A stretch of 64,000 nucleotides of DNA from Acidisoma sp. (GCF_965199065.1 NZ_CBDAQN010000002.1:48213-112212), one strand, 5' to 3'; shown: positions 48,574-58,170, counted from the stretch's first letter. Notes: generated by a model from the sequence alone, not told the origin. Numbers and translations are program-made.

Positions 48574-49464
48574 ATGTCCGAGTTAATTTCCGGGGTCGAT
48601 GACGCGCTTCGATCCAACCGGCGTAACCTGTTGAAGACCGTAGGTCTAGGTGTCGCGGGAACTGCTGCTCTTGCCGCGACCGGCGTCGCGAGCTTGGGTT
48701 TCGGATCGACGCCGGCCATGGCACAAACCGATACTGATATCGAAGTGTTTAACTTCGCTCTCAATCTCGAATATCTCGAAGCCGAATTCTATCTTCGCGC
48801 CGTCACGGGAACAGGCCTGCCCGCAAGCCTGACCGGAGGCGCCGCAACGGTCACGGGTGGCTCTCTTGTTCCGTTTCAGAACACCGCCATCGCTTATCTC
48901 GCGCAGAAGATTGCGGTCGATGAACTGGCCCACGTTACCTTCATCCGCACCGTCCTCGGCGCGATGGCGGTTCCTGAGCCAAACCTCGACCTGTCGACCA
49001 GCTTCACGACGTTGGCCATCGCGGCAGGTCTCATTGCACCTGGCCAGACCTTCAACCCGTTTGCAAGCGAGACGAACTTCCTTCTTGGCGCATACATCTT
49101 CGAGGATGTGGGCGTGACGGCGTATGGTGGCGCTGCCGCATCCCTGTCGGCGGCGGTGCTTCCCTACGCCGCCAGCATTTTGGCCGTCGAAGGCTATCAT
49201 GCTGGTGGTATCCGGACACGTCTGTCGGAGATCGGTGGTTCGGCGGCGACAGATTTGATTTCTGCGCTGCGCCAGAAGCTATCGGGCGTGGGTGACAACG
49301 GCTGCAACTACGAAAGCAACCCGGCGAACTTCACGAACGTCGACAGCAATGGGCAAAGCTATCGCCGCACGCCGGCTCAGGTTCTGAGCATCGTTTACGG
49401 TGGCGGCACATCGAGTGGCCTGTTCTTTCCGAATGGCATGAACGGCGCCATCACGGTCGCCTGA
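48574..49464 (+). CDS. Tat-signal ferritin-like (Ferritin_2 / desiccation-related PCC13-62-like) protein, paralogue 1
   Basis: NRRNLLKTVGLGVAGTAALAA...AMAQ (twin-arginine signal). Di-iron-type motifs NLEYLEAEFY, VDELAHV, FEDVGV, VEGYHAG. Confidence 0.8.
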   Translation: MSELISGVDDALRSNRRNLLKTVGLGVAGTAALAATGVASLGFGSTPAMAQTDTDIEVFNFALNLEYLEAEFYLRAVTGTGLPASLTGGAATVTGGSLVPFQNTAIAYLAQKIAVDELAHVTFIRTVLGAMAVPEPNLDLSTSFTTLAIAAGLIAPGQTFNPFASETNFLLGAYIFEDVGVTAYGGAAASLSAAVLPYAASILAVEGYHAGGIRTRLSEIGGSAATDLISALRQKLSGVGDNGCNYESNPANFTNVDSNGQSYRRTPAQVLSIVYGGGTSSGLFFPNGMNGAITVA

Positions 49465-49477
49465 CATCTATGGGAAT

Positions 49478-49507
49478 GCGAGTGGCGCCAGGCTGGGCGC
49501 CGCTCGC
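49478..49507. terminator. bidirectional stem-loop between convergent ferritin-like gene and gspG
   Basis: GCGAGTGGCGCC-aggctg-GGCGCCGCTCGC, a 12-bp stem with one G-U pair. Confidence 0.55.
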
Positions 49508-49516
49508 AACCATCGT

Positions 49517-49942
49517 TCAGTTGCAGATCATGTTGTCGCCGGTTGCGGTGCCATTGGGTCCGGTCGAGCAGAGGTCGTAGTCGTGTCCGGCGCGGTCTGA
49601 CGGATCACGATAGACATATGGATGGTTCCAGGGATCGACGGGCACCTGACCCGATTGAACGTAGGGACCGTTCCAGTTGCTGACGCCGGCGGGGGTCTGA
49701 ACCAGGGCTTCCAGCCCCTGATCCGTGGACGGATAGCTCCCGACATCCAGCTTGTACATGTCGAGAACCGAACCCAATCGTGCGATCGACTGATGCGCGA
49801 TCGAGACGCGTGCGCCTCCCAGTTGACGCAGCACGGCAGGTGCCACCAAGCCGATCAGCAGGCCCAGGATCACGATGACGACCAGAATTTCGAGAAGCGT
49901 GAAACCGGCCTGAGTGTCTTCGCCGGCGACACTAACCCTCAT
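49517..49942 (-). CDS. gspG: major pseudopilin
   Basis: G|FTLLEILVVIVILGLLIGLVAPAV..., then ..LDMYKLDVGSYPSTDQGLEALV..GPY...VPVDPWNHPYVY (classic GspG). Start is ambiguous: ATG 49942 or 49960, with the ORF open to 50074. Confidence 0.9.
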   Translation of the reverse strand: MRVSVAGEDTQAGFTLLEILVVIVILGLLIGLVAPAVLRQLGGARVSIAHQSIARLGSVLDMYKLDVGSYPSTDQGLEALVQTPAGVSNWNGPYVQSGQVPVDPWNHPYVYRDPSDRAGHDYDLCSTGPNGTATGDNMICN

Positions 49943-50075
49943 AATTGCAGCTTGCCTCATTCGCAGGGAGGCGCGAAGAGTTTTCGGTCGCGTCATCCAA
50001 GGTGCTGGCATCGTGACTTCGTTCCTTAACTGAGGCGCATTTCTGTACGGGACCATCGTCACGGGCGACGCCAAG

Positions 50076-51083
50076 TTAGCGAGGTTGCGCCGCGATATCG
50101 ATATGGTCGCTCATCCGCGATCGGTAGATGCGCATGACGGCGTCAATATCCGTGCCGGTTTCGCTCAGGCTCCCGTCGGGCTCCACCACGCCCAAAACAT
50201 AGCCGAGCGAGATGAGCCAGCTCAGATAGTCTTCGCCGGAAATATGCGAGATGCCCGGGATCATGCCTGGGCTGAACTCGCTGATGATGAAGGGCCGGCA
50301 TCGCCGTATCGTCGCCTCCGCGCCAAGCAGCGCGTTGTACTCAGCACCTTCGACGTCGACCTTGATGAGGTCCACTGTCGTCCAGGCATCAAGAAGCGAG
50401 TCGAGCCTGAGGCAGGACACCGATTCCGCTGCCAGCAACTGGCCAAGCTCGTCGGGCGGCGCCGACGTCGTCCCGTTTGAAAAGGAGGTGTTCAGGATCA
50501 GAATCCCGGTCTCACGCCCGGCCGCGCTCTGCGCGACTGTTACGTTGTCAAAGCCGTTGGCTCTGCGACTTGCTTCGAGTAGCCGCACGTTGCGCGGATT
50601 GGGTTCGACCGCGAGAACATGCCCCTGCGCCCCGACAAGGGTGGCGGCAAGCATGGTGAAATAGCCTATGTTCGCACCGATATCGACGACGCTCATGCCG
50701 GGTTGCAGTCTCGACCGGAACAAGCGCGTCACGTCGGGTTCATAATTGTCGTCGCGAACAGGCTTGCCGACGGCGGCGTCATTCTGGTTGGAGTAGATGC
50801 GGAAACCTTGAACCTCGGTTGAGACGATGTCCTCGCCCGGATCGCGGTTCAGAAATCCGCGGCGTTGGAATTCGAGGCTGGTGACATAGCTCGAGACAAC
50901 CTGACCAAGGGGCTCCCCCACGCGCGAGCTGTGGCCGCGCCACTCCTCCGGATTAGGCATCCGTCCCAGGATCAACCGGAAGCAGCCCAGGATGTCAGCC
51001 TCGCTTGCCGTATCCTCGAATGTTGTGGTCCAAGGCTCGCGTATCTCAGGAATAGGGCGCGTCCTGGCCCATGGCAGTCGCAT
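50076..51083 (-). CDS. FkbM-family methyltransferase with DUF4214-like N-terminal domain
   Basis: VVDIGANIGYFTMLAA..VLAVEPNP..LIKVDVEGAEYNAL (FkbM/Methyltransf_21 pattern). N-terminus ILGCFRLILGRMPNPEEW...SLEF. Confidence 0.8.
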   Translation of the reverse strand: MRLPWARTRPIPEIREPWTTTFEDTASEADILGCFRLILGRMPNPEEWRGHSSRVGEPLGQVVSSYVTSLEFQRRGFLNRDPGEDIVSTEVQGFRIYSNQNDAAVGKPVRDDNYEPDVTRLFRSRLQPGMSVVDIGANIGYFTMLAATLVGAQGHVLAVEPNPRNVRLLEASRRANGFDNVTVAQSAAGRETGILILNTSFSNGTTSAPPDELGQLLAAESVSCLRLDSLLDAWTTVDLIKVDVEGAEYNALLGAEATIRRCRPFIISEFSPGMIPGISHISGEDYLSWLISLGYVLGVVEPDGSLSETGTDIDAVMRIYRSRMSDHIDIAAQPR

Positions 51084-51272
51084 CGGTCACCACCGCTAAA
51101 AGGGCTCGCTACCCGTCTTTGGGGCGGAGTGGTAATGCGGGCGCTGCACGATGTCCAGCCTGCTGGGCGCGCAAACAACCAGCACTATCCGCCCGTGAGG
51201 CCAAATAGTCTGCCAATCATGGCAGTGCTGCCGGGGCTTGCTCCAGGATCTTGAAGGAGGCAAACTTACACT

Positions 51273-54200
51273 TTGGGTTCGCTCGACTGCGATGCCCGCG
51301 GGAGCCCGACTGTGACGTTCGTGTCTTACGCCCAGAATTTCGAAGATGTGCTGCTGTGGCGCGCGCTCCGGGGGGTCGAGAACGGCTTCTACATCGATGT
51401 GGGCGCCGGGCATCCAGATATCGATTCGGTTTCTCGCGCCTTCTACGACCGCGGCTGGCACGGGATCAATATCGAGCCGACCGTTGAATTCAGCCGACGT
51501 CTCGCGGCCGCCCGTCCACGCGACATCAATCTGCAGCTGGTTCTGGGGGAGCATCCCGGCCGGGCCACGTTGTTCGTTGTTGATGGCACGGGCCTTTCGA
51601 CGATGGTGCCCGCAGGGGTCGATGCAATCCGAGAGGCCGGCAAGGAAAGCCACCGGGTCGAAGTCGCCATGGATACGTTGGCGAATCTGTGCCGCGAGCA
51701 CGCTCCTGAGTCGATCCATTTTCTCAAGGTGGATGTGGAAGGCGCCGAACGCGCTGTGCTGGCCGGCGCCGACTTCATGTCATTCCGGCCATGGATCGTC
51801 GTGGTTGAGGCGACAGCGCCGATGTCCAGCGTGATGACGCATGATACGTGGGAGTTCATGCTGCTCGAGGCAGGGTATCGCTTTGTCTGGTTCGATGGTC
51901 TCAACCGGTTCTACCTCTCTTCGGAGAGGCATGACGCGCTCGCTCACGCGTTCCAGGCGCCGGTGAATGTCTTCGACGACTTTATTCGTGCAAGCGACAC
52001 CGAGTGGGCGCGGCGCATTCAGGCGGCCGAAAACCACGCCTCGGACCGGGTCGTGAAACTGCTTGAGCGTGCGATCACGGCCGAGGTGCGGGCGGATCAT
52101 GAGTCGCTGTCGGCCGCGCATGCCCGGGTTCGGATCGACGAGACGTGGCGCGAAGCCCAGCAGCTACGCGCCGCTTTGCAGGATGAAAGGGCGCAGCGGC
52201 TGGCCGCCGAGGCGGAGGCAGAGGCCCTCACACGGCGCGCCGAGGCAGCCGAAAGCAATGCCGTTGGGCAGGCAACGCACGCAAAAGCCGAAACCATGCG
52301 CGCCCGTTACGAGCAGCAACGTTCCGCGATCAACGAGCAGCTTCGACGGGAGGCGATGGCCGCCTTCGAAGCCATCCATCGCAGCACCTCCTGGCGCATA
52401 ACGGCGCCGCTCCGTCGCCTGCGGTCGCGGCGAAACGCGGCGGGACCGGTGATCACACAACCGCCGCTGCCGGAGCCTCCGGCTGAGCTGGCCATTGCGC
52501 GTGAAGAACGCTCGATCTTTGCGAGTTCGGGTTTGATGGCTTCCGGGCGCGAGCGCCGGCCGGCGCCGCCGCGGACCAAGGTCCATCAGTATCATTCGGG
52601 TGCCGCTACCGGCGATGCGATCACCAACAGCATGCTGCTGACCCGCCAGCGGCTACGTGATCTTGGATACGAGAGCGAGATCTTCGTGAGCTTCCGCGAT
52701 CCGTCCCTCGCGCATGAGCTTCGTCTGGCGGACGATCTGCCGCGTCATGATCGTTATGTATTGATTGTCCGGCACTCGATGGGCTTCGATGCATTCGACG
52801 CGGTGGCGTCGGTTCCGGCGCCCAAGATTCTGCTGTATCACAATATCACGCCGCCTGATCTGCTGCAGGGCGACGCCTTCATGCAGCGATACGCAATCCT
52901 GGGCCGGGAGCAGCTCAAGAAATGGCGCTCCGTGGTCGGCGGGTCCCTTGCCGATAGCGAATACAACGCCATCGAGCTTCGTGCTCACGGGTTTTACCCG
53001 GTGCAGGTCTGCAATACGTTGTTCGATGCCGATGCGCTTCTCGCCCGCGCCGCCTCCACCCTAAAGGTGAAAGAGGCCGACTGTTTCACCATCCTTTTCG
53101 TCGGCCGCGTCGTGCGCTCAAAAGGGCAGGCGGAACTGGTGGACGTGTTCGCCGCATTCCGCAATCGGTATCGGAAGCCATGCCGACTAGTGCTCGTCGG
53201 CCGCCACGGCGATGCCAAGGACGACTACCTCATTTCGATCAAATCGCGCCTGAAAGAGTACGGGATAGCCAGCGACGTTGTGCTAACCGGGCCGGTGTCG
53301 GATGATGATCTGCATGCCTGGTACGCAAGTGCGGATGTCTACTTGTCGTTGAGCCGTCATGAAGGTTTTGGTGTGCCTCTGATCGAGGCCATGGCGCATG
53401 ATCTGCCGGTCCTCGCGCTTCCGGTCGCCGCTGTTCCCTACACCCTCGGCGGCACCGGCGGTCTGCTGGAGGACGATTCGATCAGTGGCGTTGTCGGCAG
53501 GCTTCTTGATCTTGCGGAGGGAGAGGAGCGCCAAGCGGGTTTGATCGCGCGGCAGCGTGCGGCGCTGGAGCGTGTACGTTGGGAGCGTCACAAAGACGCG
53601 TTCATGCAGACCTTGACGGCTGCCGGTGCGGCGCCATCGGTTCCCCGCGAGACGGAAGCCCTGTTGTTGTCGTCGATAACATTCACGGTGACCGGGCATG
53701 TCAGCGGCAGTTACAGCCTGGCGACGATCAACCGCACGCTGGCGCTCGCGCTGGACATCGCCCGGCCGGGCGATGTCCGCCTCGCACCGGTCGAGGGCAC
53801 GCCGACGACGACGATCAGCGGTTTACCCGGCCAGGACTTGACCAAGATCGAGGCGCTGGTTGCGCGGCCAAGGCCCATGACTGCCCCGCACGTCGTGATC
53901 AGCCAGCATTATCCGGTGTATGTTCCGTCTGATCCCGGGGACCTCTCGCTCGCCTACTTCTTCTGGGAAGAGTCGCTTATCCCTCTCAAGACGATTGAAG
54001 GTCTGAACAAGAATTTCCGGGCAATACTTGCGCCGACGGTTTTTGTGGCGAAGACGCTGATCGATTCCGGACTCTCGCTTCCGGTTCGCGTTGTCGGCTA
54101 TGCGCCTCGGCTGGAGGGGTTCGAGGCCCTGGCGGCTACGCGCAAGGCAGCGGCCGGCCACCCTTTTACCTTTCTGCATGTCTCATCCGGCTTCCCCCGC

Positions 54201-55979
54201 AAAGGCATCGATGTCCTTCTCGAGGCCTACGCAAAGGCTTTTCGCAGCTCGGACGACGTTCGCCTCGTCATCAAGGTGTTCCCCAATCCGCATAACACGG
54301 TGGCGCAGCAGCTGGCCGGCTTGCAGACGGCGGACAGTAATGCGCCTGCAATCACCCTGATCGATGACGACATCTCCGAAACGGAATTGGTGGACCTCTA
54401 CCGAAACGCCGACGCAGTTGTGCTTCCAACCCGCGGCGAAGGGTTCAATATCCCGGCGGCCGAGGCGATGGCGGCCGGAATCCCTCTCATCGTCACCGGG
54501 CACGGCGGACACATGGACTTCTGCGACCGATCCGTCCGGTTGGTAGATTACAGCTTCGCGCCTTCCGGGAGCCACCTCGCGGCGAGTGGCTCGCTCTGGG
54601 CAGACCCGGATGCGGACGACCTGACGAACGCCTTGCGCGAGGCTGTTTTGGACCGGTTGCCGAGGCCGAGTCCGGCCCAACTACCAGATGCGAGAACCTT
54701 CGCGGAAAGCATCATCGCGACCTCGGCAGAGCTCCTGTTGCTTCCGCCACCGCCGCCGCTGCGTATCGGCTGGGTGTCGAGCTGGGGCGTGCGCTGCGGG
54801 ATCGCGGAATACTCCCGTCATCTGCTGGATGCGATGCTCGCCTCGGACGAACCGGGCGCGGAGGGCGGCTCACCTCCAGAGGTCACGGTTCTTTGCGACA
54901 CGCGGACGTCCACCGAGGCACCCGAGGCGCTGGATGCCACCATCCGGCCCTCCTGGGACCTTTTTCTTCTCGACGGGGCCAAGCCACTCATTCGCGCGGT
55001 AGCCGAGACCGATCCTGATGTGCTGGTGATCCAGCATCAACCTGGACTGATCGTCTGGAACTCGCTGGCGGAATTACTCGCCTCGGAAACCGTCCGGCAG
55101 CGGCCGGTCGTACTGGTTCTCCACACCACGCAACGCATCCTCGACATCACCGAGGAAGATCGCACGGCGATCATAGCCGCGCTGAGGGGTGTTGCCCGCG
55201 TCGTCGTTCACACGGTCAATGACGTGAACCGGCTGAGGAAGCTCGGACTGGTCGCGAACGTGGTGATGATACCGCAAGGGGCCGTGCCTCTGGGCGAACC
55301 GGTGGTGCTTTCCATCGCGCCAGCCGAAGAGCGTCGTTTCATCATCGGATGCTACGGCTTCTTCTTCAGCGAGAAGGGGATTTTGCAACTTATCGAGGCG
55401 TTCGGGCAACTGCGCGCGCGTGATGGTCGCCTCCGGCTACGCCTCGTCAATGCCCAGTACGGCACGGTGGAGTCCGCAGCGGAGATTGCCCGTTGCCGCG
55501 CCGCGGCCGAGGCTGCCGGTCTTGCCGACGCGGTAGAATGGCACACGAATTTTCTGCCCGATCAGGAGTCGCGCCGGCTTCTCGGCGAGTGCGATCTCAT
55601 CGCACTTCCCTATCAGACGTCGAAAGAGGGATCGAGCGCGGCGTTGCGGATGGCGATGTCCGCCGGTGTGCCTGTGGCGGTCACGCCGTTGCCGCTGTTC
55701 GATGAGGCTGAAGCCGCTGTGTTTCGCTTCAGCGGCACTGGGAGCGCCGATATAGCAGATGGGATTGCCCACCTCCTCAATCGGCCTGAGGAGCGGCAGG
55801 CAATCCGGGCGGAGATGAAATCCTGGATGACGAGCCGCGAATGGCCCCGCGTCGCCACGCGCTTTGGAGGCATGCTCCAGGGGCTGCGTTCCAATTGGAA
55901 AAGCGGCAATGTCATTCAGCCGTGCGCCAGTGATAACTCCACAGTGCCTGGGCCCGCGGCTGCCGCGACGGTAGACTGA
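51273..55979 (+). CDS. 1568-aa fusion protein: FkbM methyltransferase, coiled coil, three GT4 glycosyltransferase domains
   Basis: aa 15-215 SYAQNFEDVLLWRAL..YIDVGAG..LKVDVEGAE. aa 245-375 Ala/Glu/Arg heptad-rich. SWRITAPLRRL. GT4 motifs SRHEGFGVPLIEAMAHDLPVL, PTRGEGFNIPAAEAMAAGIPLI, and a weaker third (PYQTSKEGSSAALRMAMSAGVPV). Confidence 0.8.
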   Translation: MGSLDCDARGSPTVTFVSYAQNFEDVLLWRALRGVENGFYIDVGAGHPDIDSVSRAFYDRGWHGINIEPTVEFSRRLAAARPRDINLQLVLGEHPGRATLFVVDGTGLSTMVPAGVDAIREAGKESHRVEVAMDTLANLCREHAPESIHFLKVDVEGAERAVLAGADFMSFRPWIVVVEATAPMSSVMTHDTWEFMLLEAGYRFVWFDGLNRFYLSSERHDALAHAFQAPVNVFDDFIRASDTEWARRIQAAENHASDRVVKLLERAITAEVRADHESLSAAHARVRIDETWREAQQLRAALQDERAQRLAAEAEAEALTRRAEAAESNAVGQATHAKAETMRARYEQQRSAINEQLRREAMAAFEAIHRSTSWRITAPLRRLRSRRNAAGPVITQPPLPEPPAELAIAREERSIFASSGLMASGRERRPAPPRTKVHQYHSGAATGDAITNSMLLTRQRLRDLGYESEIFVSFRDPSLAHELRLADDLPRHDRYVLIVRHSMGFDAFDAVASVPAPKILLYHNITPPDLLQGDAFMQRYAILGREQLKKWRSVVGGSLADSEYNAIELRAHGFYPVQVCNTLFDADALLARAASTLKVKEADCFTILFVGRVVRSKGQAELVDVFAAFRNRYRKPCRLVLVGRHGDAKDDYLISIKSRLKEYGIASDVVLTGPVSDDDLHAWYASADVYLSLSRHEGFGVPLIEAMAHDLPVLALPVAAVPYTLGGTGGLLEDDSISGVVGRLLDLAEGEERQAGLIARQRAALERVRWERHKDAFMQTLTAAGAAPSVPRETEALLLSSITFTVTGHVSGSYSLATINRTLALALDIARPGDVRLAPVEGTPTTTISGLPGQDLTKIEALVARPRPMTAPHVVISQHYPVYVPSDPGDLSLAYFFWEESLIPLKTIEGLNKNFRAILAPTVFVAKTLIDSGLSLPVRVVGYAPRLEGFEALAATRKAAAGHPFTFLHVSSGFPRKGIDVLLEAYAKAFRSSDDVRLVIKVFPNPHNTVAQQLAGLQTADSNAPAITLIDDDISETELVDLYRNADAVVLPTRGEGFNIPAAEAMAAGIPLIVTGHGGHMDFCDRSVRLVDYSFAPSGSHLAASGSLWADPDADDLTNALREAVLDRLPRPSPAQLPDARTFAESIIATSAELLLLPPPPPLRIGWVSSWGVRCGIAEYSRHLLDAMLASDEPGAEGGSPPEVTVLCDTRTSTEAPEALDATIRPSWDLFLLDGAKPLIRAVAETDPDVLVIQHQPGLIVWNSLAELLASETVRQRPVVLVLHTTQRILDITEEDRTAIIAALRGVARVVVHTVNDVNRLRKLGLVANVVMIPQGAVPLGEPVVLSIAPAEERRFIIGCYGFFFSEKGILQLIEAFGQLRARDGRLRLRLVNAQYGTVESAAEIARCRAAAEAAGLADAVEWHTNFLPDQESRRLLGECDLIALPYQTSKEGSSAALRMAMSAGVPVAVTPLPLFDEAEAAVFRFSGTGSADIADGIAHLLNRPEERQAIRAEMKSWMTSREWPRVATRFGGMLQGLRSNWKSGNVIQPCASDNSTVPGPAAAATVD

Positions 55980-56201
55980 TCGCTTCTGCACCGCTGATCG
56001 GCCAGCATTCCCCAGACGAGCTGCCTCCAAGAGTTACATTATCAAGACAACTCGGTCGCCTGCGGCCCCCTGTAACTTTGCCGCGATGGCGGTGCCAGCA
56101 CATCAACGTGATGCTGAAGATGAAATCTGGTCAACTAATTTGTAATTGTCGCTGCGTTCAGAAAGTTCGGTAGACGCTGCGAAAACCAAGAGCGTGTCCA
56201 G

Positions 56202-57107
56202 ATGAGTCAACTTTTTGGAAACAGCCACATGAACAATATCGCTAGTAGCGAAACCGCAAGCCGAAGGTTTATTGGAAAGATTGGCGCAGGTGCCGTCGCT
56301 CTCTGCGCGTTGGCTGGTCTTGCGAGCAAGCCGGCAAAAGCTCAGGCAGACGCTGACGTAAATGTTCTCAACTTTGCTCTCAACCTCGAATACCTCGAAG
56401 CCGAGTACTATTTGCGCGCCGTGACTGGAGCGGGCCTTTCTGCGGCTTACGGAGGAGCAGGCACAGCGGTCGTTCCGACTTCGACCCTGGTCCCCTTCAA
56501 GACGTCAGCAGTAGCTTATTGGGCGCAGCGGATTGCCAATGACGAACTCGCCCATGTGAACTTTCTCCGGATCGCGCTTGGTGCCGCGGCCATTCCCGAG
56601 CCAGTGATCGATCTTGAGACGAGCTTCACCACGCTTGCCGTAGCCGCGGGCCTCATCACGGCGGGCCAAACCTTCAACCCGTTCGCGAGCGAACTCGACT
56701 TCCTCATTGGAGCCTACATCTTCGAAGATGTCGGCGTCACGGCCTATGCCGGAGCCGCCGCCCTTCTGACCGAGCCCAACAATATTGCATACAGCGCCAG
56801 CATCCTCGCGATCGAAGCCGAACATGCCGGCTGCATCCGGGGCTACCTTGCCTCGATTGGCGGCGGAGCGGCTACAGACGCTATTTCCGCGCTGCGTCAG
56901 AAGCTTTCCGGCGTGCAGGACAACGGGACCGATCTCAGCGGGAGCGGTGGCAACCCGTTTTCGTTCGCAAACGACGACTACAACGGCCAGGTGTTCCGCA
57001 GAACGCCGCAGCAGGTGCTTAACATCGTCTACGGTGCACCTGGAACGGGCGTCACGTCCGGTCTGTTCTTCCCCAATGGCGTCAACGGTGCCGTTGCCTC
57101 GACTTAA
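56202..57107 (+). CDS. Tat-signal ferritin-like protein, paralogue 2
   Basis: SRRFIGKIGAGAVALCALAGL..AKAQ signal. NLEYLEAEYY, NDELAHV, FEDVGV, IEAEHAG. Confidence 0.8.
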   Translation: MSQLFGNSHMNNIASSETASRRFIGKIGAGAVALCALAGLASKPAKAQADADVNVLNFALNLEYLEAEYYLRAVTGAGLSAAYGGAGTAVVPTSTLVPFKTSAVAYWAQRIANDELAHVNFLRIALGAAAIPEPVIDLETSFTTLAVAAGLITAGQTFNPFASELDFLIGAYIFEDVGVTAYAGAAALLTEPNNIAYSASILAIEAEHAGCIRGYLASIGGGAATDAISALRQKLSGVQDNGTDLSGSGGNPFSFANDDYNGQVFRRTPQQVLNIVYGAPGTGVTSGLFFPNGVNGAVAST

Positions 57108-57151
57108 GCAAGCCGCCAGCCGATAGCACTAACATCATCGAGGACGCTTCA

Positions 57152-58075
57152 ATGCCTGACAACACAATCAAGACCGTACTCCAGAAGAGTATTGACCGCC
57201 GCCGCTTCATGAGGCGCTCCGGGCTTGGCCTGACCGGATTGGCAACTGCAGTCTCAGGTGCGTTTCTATCCGCCAAGCCCGCGCGCGCTCAGGCCCTGAC
57301 CGACGCGGACATCTTCAACTTTGCTTTGAATTTCGAGTATCTCGGGTCGCAGTATTATCTTGCGGCGCTTGGCACTTCCTTGCCTGCGAGCCTGACAGGT
57401 ACCGGCGCAGGTGCGGTGATCCTGCCGACCCCGACTGCCGTTCCGTTCCAGAACAAGGCCGTTGCTTACTTCGCTCAGCAGCTCGCTGTTGACGAACTCG
57501 CGCACGTCACCGTTATCCGGGAGGCTCTGGCGGCTGAGGGCGCCACTCCGATCCCGCAACCGGTTATCAACCTCAACACGAGCTGGACTTCGCTCGCGGC
57601 GGCGGCAGGATTGATCACTCCGGGCCAGACCTTCAATCCCTTCGCTAGCGAAACCGACTTCCTGCTGGGTGCCTACGTTCTGGAGGATGTTTGCGTCACC
57701 GCACTTTGTGGCGCGGCGCCGCTAATCTCAAGCAAGGTGAACTTGGCCTATGCCGCGTCCATTCTCGGCGTGGAGGGCTACCAGGTCGGCCTCATCAGAT
57801 CGCGTCTATCGGCGATCGGCGCGGATGTCGCTACGGATGCCATCTCCGCTCTTCGGTCGAGCCTCTCGAACACGGTCGTCAACATGGGCGTCAATGATGT
57901 AGGCACAAATGCCTATGGCAACCCCTTCAACTTCACCAATGCTGACAGCAACGCCCAGGCGTTTCGTCGCACCCCCCAGGAAGTTCTGGCGATTGCATAC
58001 GGTGGGGCACCGGCGGGTGGCGGATTCTTTCCGAATGGCGTAAACGGCGCCATCACAACCACGGCTTCCGCCTGA
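57152..58075 (+). CDS. Tat-signal ferritin-like protein, paralogue 3 (altered metal-site motifs)
   Basis: DRRRFMRRSGLGLTGLAT..ARAQ signal. NFEYLGSQYY, VDELAHV, LEDVCV, VEGYQVG (Q where paralogues 1 and 2 have H). Confidence 0.8.
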   Translation: MPDNTIKTVLQKSIDRRRFMRRSGLGLTGLATAVSGAFLSAKPARAQALTDADIFNFALNFEYLGSQYYLAALGTSLPASLTGTGAGAVILPTPTAVPFQNKAVAYFAQQLAVDELAHVTVIREALAAEGATPIPQPVINLNTSWTSLAAAAGLITPGQTFNPFASETDFLLGAYVLEDVCVTALCGAAPLISSKVNLAYAASILGVEGYQVGLIRSRLSAIGADVATDAISALRSSLSNTVVNMGVNDVGTNAYGNPFNFTNADSNAQAFRRTPQEVLAIAYGGAPAGGGFFPNGVNGAITTTASA

Positions 58076-58079
58076 TCGT

Positions 58080-58097
58080 CTGGCTCGGTTGAGCCAG
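58080..58097. terminator. short stem-loop after ferritin-like paralogue 3
   Basis: CTGGCTC-ggtt-GAGCCAG, 5 nt after the stop; no clear U-tract. Confidence 0.3.
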
Positions 58098-58170
58098 CCG
58101 CCTTCTCAGCTGCAAGCGTGCGCCTGACCTGGTCCGTTGCGGACGGTAGTCAGGGGCACGCTTTTCCTTG

